Of a stretch of 64,000 nucleotides of DNA, positions 35,775 to 43,858 are shown piece by piece. Every line of letters starts with the position of its first letter. The stretch's first letter is position 1. This DNA comes from Candidatus Limnocylindrales bacterium (GTDB lineage Bacteria > Chloroflexota > Limnocylindria > Limnocylindrales > CSP1-4). The notes beneath the pieces were generated by a model. It searched no databases. It was not told the origin of the DNA and was given only the letters and a program-made list of their open reading frames with translations. The position numbers and the translations under genes were made by a program. The DNA lies in the NCBI GenBank assembly GCA_038204565.1, contig JBBRCU010000011.1, positions 1,511 through 65,510 on the forward strand, given 5' to 3'.

Positions 35775-36505
35775 TGGAGCTCGCCGACTCACCCTCCTCC
35801 GACTTCTCCCCGTCCAGTCGCCGTCGGGCGGGCCTGCTGCGGCAGCTCGCCGCGGGTCTTCTACCGGTCCTCGGAGCGGTCGCCGGCATCGGGATCGGGC
35901 AGCTGTCCGGCCAGTCCGGCGGCGTACCGGCGGTCGGGCTGCTGGTCGTGGCCGTCGGCGCGCTGTCCCTGGTGGCAGCCCGGGCCGTCGCTCGACCGTC
36001 GCCCGATCTCCTCCGGGTCAGCGGCCGCGATGCGCTCCGCAATGAGCTCGACCGGGCCCGCCGTCATCGACGGACCTTCGCCCTCGCCCGCCTCCGCCCG
36101 ATCGGCGGGTCTGCCGCCGCGGGCGCCATGGCAGGTGCTTCGGGCGGGATCGCGGCCGAGACGCTCCGGCTGATCGGGGCGTCCCTGCGCATCACGGATC
36201 GAGCCTGGCTCGATGACGACGATGTCGTCCTCCTGCTCCCTGAGGCTGACCGGGCGACTGCGGACGCCCTCGCCGACCGTCTTCGCCAGGCAGCCCCGGA
36301 CCGATTCACCGCAGACGTCGCGATCGCGGTCTTTCCCGACGACGGGCTGACGAGCGGCGCTCTGCTCGAGGCCCTGGACCGGGAGATGCATGGCGACCAG
36401 CTGCCGTCCCCGCTGCCTCGAACGGCGGCTGCGGCAACGGGCCTCGACGCGTCGCCCGTCGGGATTATCGGATCGGATGTTCGCGTCGAGTCCGGGGTGG
36501 GCTGA
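35771..36505 (+). CDS. Two-TM membrane protein with degenerate GGDEF-like domain (I-site RxxD retained, GGDEF replaced)
   Basis: LRITDRAWLDDDDVVLLLPEADRATADALADRLR aligns with the canonical GGDEF core RxxD-5aa-GGEEF-vvimPdt...A..iAerIR. The start overlaps the ugd stop, and the stop lies 4 nt before the priming transferase start. Confidence 0.5.
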   Translation: MMELADSPSSDFSPSSRRRAGLLRQLAAGLLPVLGAVAGIGIGQLSGQSGGVPAVGLLVVAVGALSLVAARAVARPSPDLLRVSGRDALRNELDRARRHRRTFALARLRPIGGSAAAGAMAGASGGIAAETLRLIGASLRITDRAWLDDDDVVLLLPEADRATADALADRLRQAAPDRFTADVAIAVFPDDGLTSGALLEALDREMHGDQLPSPLPRTAAAATGLDASPVGIIGSDVRVESGVG

Positions 36506-36509
36506 CCCG

Positions 36510-37121
36510 ATGATGGTCGTCGGACCCGGCTTCCTCCGGATCAAGCGGATCATCGACGTGACGCTCTGCATCCTCATCGCCCCCGCGGTCCTGGTCGTGC
36601 TCGGCGTGTGCGCGATCGCGATACGCCTCGACTCGCCCGGACCCGTGTTGTTCACGCAGCAGCGGACCGGGCGCCACGGGAACCGGTTCCCGATGTACAA
36701 GTTTCGCACGATGGTTCGCAACGCCGAGGAACTGAAGCCCTCCCTTCAGCACCTGAACATCCTGCCGCCACCGGACTTCAAGATTCCCGACGACCCGCGG
36801 ATCACCCGGGTCGGTCGGCTGTTGCGCAAGACGAGCCTGGATGAGCTGCCCCAGATCCTGAACGTCCTTCGCGGCGAAATGTCCCTTGTCGGGCCGCGCC
36901 CGACCTCGTTTCACGCAAGCACGTACAGTCTGTGGCACTCGCAGCGCCTCGAGGCCACGCCTGGCATCACTGGCTTGTGGCAGGTCGGTGGCAGGAACGA
37001 GCTCACGTTCGATGAGCGGAATCGGCTCGACGCCGAATACGTGCGGAACATGTCGCTTCGCCAGGATTTCAGGATTATGCTGTTGACAGTCGGATCCATC
37101 ATCAAGCGATCCGGCCACTGA
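36510..37121 (+). CDS. Undecaprenyl-phosphate sugar phosphotransferase (small bacterial sugar transferase, EpsL/WbaP-C type)
   Basis: [13 protein letters not shown]..., PMYKFRTM and [21 protein letters not shown]. Confidence 0.9.
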   Translation: MMVVGPGFLRIKRIIDVTLCILIAPAVLVVLGVCAIAIRLDSPGPVLFTQQRTGRHGNRFPMYKFRTMVRNAEELKPSLQHLNILPPPDFKIPDDPRITRVGRLLRKTSLDELPQILNVLRGEMSLVGPRPTSFHASTYSLWHSQRLEATPGITGLWQVGGRNELTFDERNRLDAEYVRNMSLRQDFRIMLLTVGSIIKRSGH

Positions 37122-37146
37122 CGGCGGGTGGGGAGAACTGAATAAG

Positions 37147-40029
37147 ATGACGACAACATGGCGGGCGGCCGCCATCGGCCTGGTGTTGACGTCGGTCACC
37201 CTTGTTGGCCCGGTGGCGGCGCAAGCGGCGGGCCGAGCCGCCCCCGCTGCATCGCCGCCAATCGTCTCGGCGATGCCCATCGCCGCTGCGCCGCCGCCGA
37301 CCGTCGTCACCCTCGACGCCGCGGCCCCGTTCGGGACCAAGGACCAGTCGTTCAGCGGGGCGAGCACCGCGCCCTCGGGCTCGAAGCCGGAGAGCAAGCT
37401 CTGGTTCAACGACGGGATCTGGTGGGCGTCGATGTGGAGCACGACGGCGGGCAGGTTCCACATCTTCCGGCTGAGTGACTCGGGCGACGTCTGGCAGGAC
37501 ACCGGGACGACGATCGACAGTCGAGGGAGCACCCGCGGCGACGCACTGTGGGATGGCAGCCATCTGTACGTCGCCTCCCACGATGTCGCCAGCGACTCCT
37601 CCCACAACACGATCAATCGGCCGGCCAGGCTGTATCGTTTCAGCTACAACAGCGGCACCCAGACCTACAGCCTCGACGGCGGCTTCCCGGCCACGATCAC
37701 GACGGTCGCCGTCGAGACGCTCGTCATCGACAAGGACTCGACGGGGACACTCTGGGCGACCTGGACGCAGGCCAAGAAGGTGGTGGTCTCCCACACGGTC
37801 GGCGATGACCTCACGTGGGGAAGCCCGTTCACCCCGGCAATCACCGGCGACACGAGCCTCAGCAGCGACGACGTCTCGTCCGTGATCGCCTTCGGCGGCA
37901 ACCGGATCGGCGTGATGTGGAGCAATCAGGCCAACTCCCATATGTACTTCAGCAGCCATCGCGACGGCGATCCGGACACGACGTGGTCGTCGAGCGAGGC
38001 GGCAACCTCCGGTTCGGGCAGCGCGGACGACCACATCAACCTGAAGACCGATTCGAGTGGTCGGGTCTATGCCGCTGTCAAATCGTCGTTCACGTCGAGT
38101 TCCGCCGTCCTGACCCACCTCCTCGTGCGGGCCGCGGGTGGCGGCTGGTCGGACCATCCATTCGGGACGGTGGCCAACAGCCAGACGCGTCCGATCGTCC
38201 TCGTCGACGAGCCGAACGCGACGCTCCACGTATTCGTGACGGGTGCATACCCCGGCAGGAGCAGTGGCCAGAGCGGGGGCACGATCTACGAGAAGACAGC
38301 GCCATTCTCGACGATGGACTTTCCGACTGGAGCGGGGACGCCTGTCATCCAGGACCCGTCCAGCGCGGACATGAACAACGCCAGTTCTACCAAGCAGAAT
38401 GTCGGGTCAGCGAGCGGCATCGTCGTCCTGGCCACGAACGACTCCACGGGGTTCTACTGGCACGCGAACGAGACGCTGGGCGGCGCCACCACCAGCCCGA
38501 CCGCGAACTTCAGCGGCACTCCGACCACTGGCAGCGCGCCGTTGACGGTGGCCTTCACGGACTCGTCCACCGGCGGACCGACCTCATGGGCCTGGGACTT
38601 CGGCGATCCCGGATCGGGCGTCGCCAACACCTCCACCAGCCGGAATCCAAGCCACGTCTACGCCGCGGACGGGACCTATACGATCAAGCTCACGGCGACC
38701 AACGGATCCGGCTCGGACACGAAGACCCGAACCGGATATGTCACGGTCGCCACCGCGCCGACGGCCGACTTCAGCGGCAGCCCGACGACAGGCAATGCCG
38801 GCCTGAACGTCTCGTTCACGGACTCGTCCGCCGGCGGACCGACCTCATGGGCCTGGGACTTCGGCGATCCCGGATCGGGCGTCGCCAACACCTCCACCAG
38901 CCAGAACCCGAGTCACGCGTATGCCGCCGATGGGACGTACACGGTCAAGCTGACCGCGACGAACACCAACGGCTCGACCTCGAAGACGCGGACCAACTAC
39001 ATCACCGTCGGCACCAAGCCGGTGGCCGATTTCAGCGGTTCGCCGACCAGCGGCAACGGCCCGCTGACCGTCAATTTCAGCGATGCGTCGACCGGCAGCC
39101 CGACATCATGGGCCTGGGACTTCGGCGATCCGGGATCGGGCGCGGGCAACACCTCGGCGGCCCCGAGCCCATCACACCTCTATTCGGCTGACGGGACCTA
39201 CACCGTGAAGCTGACCGTGTCGAACACGAGCGGCACGGACACCAGGACGCGGACCGGCTACATCATGGTCGGCACGGCTCCGACGGCGGCATTCACCGCC
39301 ACCCCGACGAGCGGATCCGCCCCTCTCACCGTGAGTTTCACGGACACATCGACGGGCAGCCCGACGTCATGGTCGTGGGACTTCGGTGATCCGGGATCCG
39401 GCTCGGCCAATGGGTCGACCGCCCGGAACCCGAGCCACATTTACAACGGTGGCGGGACCTACACGGTCAAGCTGACCGCGACCAATGCGAGCGGCTCCAA
39501 CACCGCCACCCAGACGAGCCTGATCAGCGTGACCTCGTCGGCCGTGACACTGACCCTCAACCCGATCGCCGACTCGTACGTGAGCTCGAGCAACCTCACC
39601 GGCAACTACGGGACGCAGACCACGATGAAGGTCCGTGAAGGCGACGGCTCGAGCAGCAACCCCAACTACCGGACCTATCTCAAGTTCGATGTCTCGGGTG
39701 TCTCCGGCACCGTCAGTGCCGTGACGCTCCGTCTGTTCGTGACGGACAGGTCAGCGAACCTGGAGTCCATCTATGTCGTCGGCAACAGCAGTTGGACCGA
39801 GACCGCGATCACGTATTCGAACGCGCCGGCGATCAACGGTAGCGCCGTGGGTACGACGAGCGGGGCTCCGCTCGGGGCATACGTCTCGATCACCCTCGTT
39901 CCCTCGAGTGTCAGCCCCGGCTCCTCGCCGCTGACCCTGGCGATCGAGAGCTCGGCCACGGACAGCTTCGTCGTCGCCAGTCGCGAAGACCCGACGAACA
40001 AGCCGCAGCTGATCGTTACGTTCCAGTAG
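37147..40029 (+). CDS. Secreted protein: paralogous propeller-like N-domain + 4 PKD domains + C-terminal DNRLRE/CBM-like domain
   Basis: Signal peptide (AIGLVLTSVTLVGPVAAQA). SKLWFNDGIWWASMW and WDGSHLYVASH match the two paralogs. Four 87-aa PKD repeats carry WAWDFGD. The C-terminus is ADSYVSSSNLTGNYG...YLKFDVSGV...SSWTETAITYSNAP. Confidence 0.85.
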   Translation: MTTTWRAAAIGLVLTSVTLVGPVAAQAAGRAAPAASPPIVSAMPIAAAPPPTVVTLDAAAPFGTKDQSFSGASTAPSGSKPESKLWFNDGIWWASMWSTTAGRFHIFRLSDSGDVWQDTGTTIDSRGSTRGDALWDGSHLYVASHDVASDSSHNTINRPARLYRFSYNSGTQTYSLDGGFPATITTVAVETLVIDKDSTGTLWATWTQAKKVVVSHTVGDDLTWGSPFTPAITGDTSLSSDDVSSVIAFGGNRIGVMWSNQANSHMYFSSHRDGDPDTTWSSSEAATSGSGSADDHINLKTDSSGRVYAAVKSSFTSSSAVLTHLLVRAAGGGWSDHPFGTVANSQTRPIVLVDEPNATLHVFVTGAYPGRSSGQSGGTIYEKTAPFSTMDFPTGAGTPVIQDPSSADMNNASSTKQNVGSASGIVVLATNDSTGFYWHANETLGGATTSPTANFSGTPTTGSAPLTVAFTDSSTGGPTSWAWDFGDPGSGVANTSTSRNPSHVYAADGTYTIKLTATNGSGSDTKTRTGYVTVATAPTADFSGSPTTGNAGLNVSFTDSSAGGPTSWAWDFGDPGSGVANTSTSQNPSHAYAADGTYTVKLTATNTNGSTSKTRTNYITVGTKPVADFSGSPTSGNGPLTVNFSDASTGSPTSWAWDFGDPGSGAGNTSAAPSPSHLYSADGTYTVKLTVSNTSGTDTRTRTGYIMVGTAPTAAFTATPTSGSAPLTVSFTDTSTGSPTSWSWDFGDPGSGSANGSTARNPSHIYNGGGTYTVKLTATNASGSNTATQTSLISVTSSAVTLTLNPIADSYVSSSNLTGNYGTQTTMKVREGDGSSSNPNYRTYLKFDVSGVSGTVSAVTLRLFVTDRSANLESIYVVGNSSWTETAITYSNAPAINGSAVGTTSGAPLGAYVSITLVPSSVSPGSSPLTLAIESSATDSFVVASREDPTNKPQLIVTFQ
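38497..39540 (+). repeat. Four tandem 261-nt coding repeats (PKD domains)
   Basis: The period is exactly 261 nt (starts at 38497, 38758, 39019, 39280). Repeats 1 and 2 share a 71-nt identical run (38571-38641 vs 38832-38902). Confidence 0.9.
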
Positions 40030-40082
40030 GCCATCAAGCGGCATCCGACCTCGTTCCGAGGACGTTGCGCATCGGCGCGTCC

Positions 40083-40098
40083 GCGACGTTCGCGTCGC
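40083..40098. terminator. GC hairpin with TTCG tetraloop between convergent genes (possible terminator)
   Basis: GCGACG-TTCG-CGTCGC at 40083-40098. It lies 54 nt after the 37147-40029 stop and 38 nt before the 40136-40903 stop. There is no U-tract. Confidence 0.25.
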
Positions 40099-40135
40099 AC
40101 CGTCGGCGACCCGTCGCGCGCCGCCAGGTCAGGGA

Positions 40136-40903
40136 TCAGTTGCTGGCGGGTCCTTCGGATAGCCACGTGCGATCGAGCGCCCGTCGGATCACGAGTCCGC
40201 TGATCAGGATGCCGAGGTACAGGGTCAACTCCGGGAGCTCGCCGAATTCGGTGATGCGCTCGCCTGCGTCCGGCAGGAACGCGACCCGGAACCCCCGATA
40301 GGCGAACGGCAGGAAGAACAGCGTCGCGAGACAAAGCGGTGGGATGAGGAGCCGATCGAGGCCGAGCCGGTCCAGCCTGAACCCCGTTCGGATCCGGCTG
40401 CTCGCCCAGAGGATCGGGACGAGGAAGCCGTAGAGGCCAACCGTGCCCTCGCCGAGATTGAAGAACTTCTGCAGGCTCGTGATGTTGTGGATGTTGATCT
40501 CGCCCTGATGGTTCACATTCTTGAGGGCGTCGGGCGTGGTCAACCCGAGGAGGCGCTGACCCCATGAGATCTCCTCGCCGGCCACGACGAAACTCATCAG
40601 CGCGGCGAGGAGCAGGACCACGGCCAGGCGGGCCCGGCCCAGCCGCCTCGCGGTTCTGGCGGCGAGCGCGAACACCACCGACGCAGCGAGGATCGCGAAG
40701 AACTGCGTCCACTCGATGACGTGGTCCTCGTCGACGAGGAAGTGGTAGAGGTTCGGGTGCGGGACCGTCAGTGCGAGCAGGACCACCGCGATCGGCGGCG
40801 CGACGAGGAGCACGAGGGCCGCCACGGCGGGGATCCCCCAGCCGGCGGCATCCGCGCGTATCACCCTTTCGAGGCGGCGGAACGTGTCCAAGGCGTGACC
40901 CAC
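40136..40903 (-). CDS. Integral membrane protein, unknown function
   Basis: About 6 hydrophobic segments, high GC3, and the motif VAGEEISWGQRLLG. No family recognised. Confidence 0.6.
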   Translation of the reverse strand: MGHALDTFRRLERVIRADAAGWGIPAVAALVLLVAPPIAVVLLALTVPHPNLYHFLVDEDHVIEWTQFFAILAASVVFALAARTARRLGRARLAVVLLLAALMSFVVAGEEISWGQRLLGLTTPDALKNVNHQGEINIHNITSLQKFFNLGEGTVGLYGFLVPILWASSRIRTGFRLDRLGLDRLLIPPLCLATLFFLPFAYRGFRVAFLPDAGERITEFGELPELTLYLGILISGLVIRRALDRTWLSEGPASN

Positions 40904-41071
40904 AGGCGACCCCGCGTCCCGGTTGACGATCGTCAGTCACAAGGTTACGGCATCGAGGACCGCGAAATCGCGTTCGGACGATGGATGCCTGACGTGGAGC
41001 GGCCCGGTCCGGATGGACGCGGGCCGCCTGGCCGATCGATAGATCCGTGCAGGTCGGCAGACCAGCCGGGC

Positions 41072-42919
41072 TCAGGGGGCCGGGTTGACGACCACGAGCT
41101 GGCCGATGGAGACGAACGGCGCATTCGCCGTTGCGGTCGGAGCGCCCGTGTCGCCGGTGGCCGTGAGCCAGCGCGTGGCGACCTCGCTCGAGGCGAGATA
41201 CGTGCCGCCGGCGGACGCTGCCTCGGCGCCTTCGGTCATGCCGACCGGCGAAGCGATCGTGGTCGCCCGGGCCATGCCGAAGAGTCCGACAAGGACGCTC
41301 CCGGTCCGATTGGAGGCCGATGTCGCGGTCGTGATCGAGACCGACGACGCGACGTTCGTCGAGCCGCTCACGGCAGCGATCGGGTTCGTCGGATCGACGC
41401 CGCCGAACGCGCTGACGGTGCCGGCCGCGGACTCCTTCTTCGAGAAGGGCCAGGTCCAGCTGCTCGGCTCCGATCCGCCGGCCGTGTGTCGGTACACGAG
41501 CTGGGCGACCGTGGTGGAGATCGCATCCGAACGGATCAGGGTCCATCCGGCGGGAGCGGTCACTCTCGGCGACGTACCGCCGCGGATCGTGATGGCTGCG
41601 ATGAGGAGGTCACCCGCGGTCGTCCCGGCCGGCTTCAGCATCGACAGGGACGTGGTTGTCCCGTTGCCGGCCGCCGTCGAGCCGTGTCCGATGATGGCCG
41701 TGGATCCCGGGCTCGGCGTGGCGCTGGGCGTCGGAGTCACGCTCGGGAGCGGCGTCGAGTTCGGCGTCGAGTTCGGCGTCGGCGCCGGCGTCGCGGTGGG
41801 CTTGGCGGTCGCGGTTGCCGACGGACTCGGGGCCGAGGAGCCGCCTCCCGCAAACGCGCCGTACCCCTTGGCCACGGCATCGGCCGGGTTGAAGCCGGAG
41901 CAGCCGGCCGTCGAGTCGAACAGCGGATCGCGCGGGAAGACGTTGCCACCGCCGTCGGCGATGTTCGATCCGTCGATCATCTTCGTCGAGCTGAAGCCGA
42001 GGTTATTGGAGGCGACGTTGCCGGCGCCGGTCAGGCTGTAGCCGTAGATCAGGTGGTTCTCGAGGCTCCTGCCGAGGATGTTGTGATCGACTCGGTTGTT
42101 CCGCGACGCGCCGCTCATGCTCACGTTCTGGCTCGCGTTGAACATCGTGTTGTAGCTGATCGAGACGTTCTGGGTTCCGTTCGTCGTGCTGATCGACGCG
42201 GCCCCGAGCTTGACATTCCGGCCGTTGGTCGCGTTGAACAGCACGTTGTGATCGATCGAGCCGGGCCCGGCCGACAGGCCGCTGTTGACGTAGATGTTGT
42301 GATCCTGGTTCGTCGAGTTCGACGGGTACGTGTCGTGGATGCAGTTGTTCGTGATCCGCCAGTTCGACGGATTGGAGCCGACGAGGATTCCGGCGAAGCT
42401 GTGGGCTCCCCAGACCTCGCTGTTCTGGTAGGTCCAGTTCGACCCGCCGTTGAACTTGACCATGTGCTGTGACGCGTTGTCCGTGGCGCTGTCCCACGTG
42501 ACGTTGAGGCCGTCGATCGTCCACCAGGTCGGACCGCTGAGCCACATCAGCCCCTTGACGATGGGCCGCTCGCCCGTCGCGGCGCGGACGACGATCGGGG
42601 CGCTGGCGGTCCCGGCGTGGAGCGAGACCGAGACGTGTTCGACATAGGTCCCGCCGTGGACGATCAGGGTGTCGCCCGGGTTCAGTGAGGTCAGAGCATG
42701 CTGGATGGTCCGCCACGGGGCCGTCTCGGTGCCCGCCGCACCGTCCGATCCGGATGTCGAGACGGCGTAGGCGTTTCCGGCGGCGCGGACCTGGCCGATC
42801 GTGGTCAGGGCCAATGGGGCGAGCAGGCTGATCGACGTCAGGAGGGCGGCCCGTCGAAGGATCGGTCGGCCTCTTGATCGCCCTGCGGGGCGCGCGGAAA
42901 CAGGCATGGGCTGATGCAT
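41072..42919 (-). CDS. Secreted right-handed beta-helix (pectate-lyase-fold) protein + Pro/Thr linker + unassigned C-terminal domain
   Basis: Signal peptide (LLTSISLLAPLALTTIGQVRAAG). APWRTIQHALTSLNPGDTLIVHGGTY is typical of DUF1565/beta-helix proteins. NxxH/N-rich parallel-helix repeats follow, then the linker SPSATATAKPTATPAPTPNSTPNSTPLPSVTPTPSATPSP. ATG 42919 or 42907. Confidence 0.8.
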   Translation of the reverse strand: MHQPMPVSARPAGRSRGRPILRRAALLTSISLLAPLALTTIGQVRAAGNAYAVSTSGSDGAAGTETAPWRTIQHALTSLNPGDTLIVHGGTYVEHVSVSLHAGTASAPIVVRAATGERPIVKGLMWLSGPTWWTIDGLNVTWDSATDNASQHMVKFNGGSNWTYQNSEVWGAHSFAGILVGSNPSNWRITNNCIHDTYPSNSTNQDHNIYVNSGLSAGPGSIDHNVLFNATNGRNVKLGAASISTTNGTQNVSISYNTMFNASQNVSMSGASRNNRVDHNILGRSLENHLIYGYSLTGAGNVASNNLGFSSTKMIDGSNIADGGGNVFPRDPLFDSTAGCSGFNPADAVAKGYGAFAGGGSSAPSPSATATAKPTATPAPTPNSTPNSTPLPSVTPTPSATPSPGSTAIIGHGSTAAGNGTTTSLSMLKPAGTTAGDLLIAAITIRGGTSPRVTAPAGWTLIRSDAISTTVAQLVYRHTAGGSEPSSWTWPFSKKESAAGTVSAFGGVDPTNPIAAVSGSTNVASSVSITTATSASNRTGSVLVGLFGMARATTIASPVGMTEGAEAASAGGTYLASSEVATRWLTATGDTGAPTATANAPFVSIGQLVVVNPAP

Positions 42920-43209
42920 GGGACTTGCCTCGGTGTATCCGCTCGGCACATGAGCGGCTCGGCGGCGACCGTTGGGGTAGGTCACCGGTGCGCATCTGCA
43001 ACGTAGCGGCCGAGGCTTCCCTGCGGCTTATCCCCGGATGTCCGCTCGCTTCAACGGGATAGGCCCGGGATCACGTCACCCAAACGGCGGAGGGACCACC
43101 TGCAGCGCGCCTCTCGGGGTTCCAATGCGTCCTCCCATGCGAGCCGCCAGGCATCGGAGGAAGCCAGGTTCGCGAAACCGGCCGAGTCCGTGCCGGACCC
43201 GGCCGAGCT

Positions 43210-43623
43210 TCAGTCGCCGACGGTGAAGGTCGTCGAGGCGAGGACGCGCCAACGGCCGTTCGCGGAGAAATAGCCCTCCTCGGCCGTGCAATCCGCGCCG
43301 CCCGATCGCCAGGCCGCGGACGAGTTCAGCGGGACGGCGGCGCGATGAGCCGAATCGATCCGGACCCACGCCGCGAGCACGACTGCCTTCGACTGGACGC
43401 AGGTTGCATGGACCCACATCCCGATCTCGCCGGGATCGGCCGTCACGATCGCGGTACCACCGAACTGAGCGCCGGCCACGGACATCGACGGGTTCGCCTT
43501 GCCGGCAGTTACGGCACCGACGATCCCGCCCGATTGGGTTGCCCCGGCCAGCGTCATGGCCGCGATCCACACGATTGTCGCGATCAGGAACGCCTCGAGC
43601 GCGACGAGACCGACGTGGCGCAT
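43210..43623 (-). CDS. Small secreted/anchored protein with a prepilin-like N-terminus
   Basis: MRHVG-LVALEAFLIATIVWIAAM has Gly followed by a hydrophobic helix with Glu at +5. Two Cys residues are present. Upstream in-frame ATGs at 43653 and 43665 are also possible. The ORF-track extension into 43859-44073 overlaps the MBL gene and is rejected. Confidence 0.45.
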   Translation of the reverse strand: MRHVGLVALEAFLIATIVWIAAMTLAGATQSGGIVGAVTAGKANPSMSVAGAQFGGTAIVTADPGEIGMWVHATCVQSKAVVLAAWVRIDSAHRAAVPLNSSAAWRSGGADCTAEEGYFSANGRWRVLASTTFTVGD

Positions 43624-43858
43624 CGTGGCGACCCCGCCCGCTCCGGTCCTCATCGGCTCTCCCATCCCGGTTGGCCTGCAACTCTGGCAGCCGAACCGGA
43701 TCGTGGGTCGCGACGCACTGAACGGACATGGGCGGTTGGTCCCCCTCGCCGTCCCAGAGGTCAGCCCCGAACTGCCCCCAAACCCACCGGACGGCCGCGC
43801 AATCGTCCCCGCGCGGTGTTCCTCGGCACCGCCGAACGAACCGACGCGCCCCCGTGGG

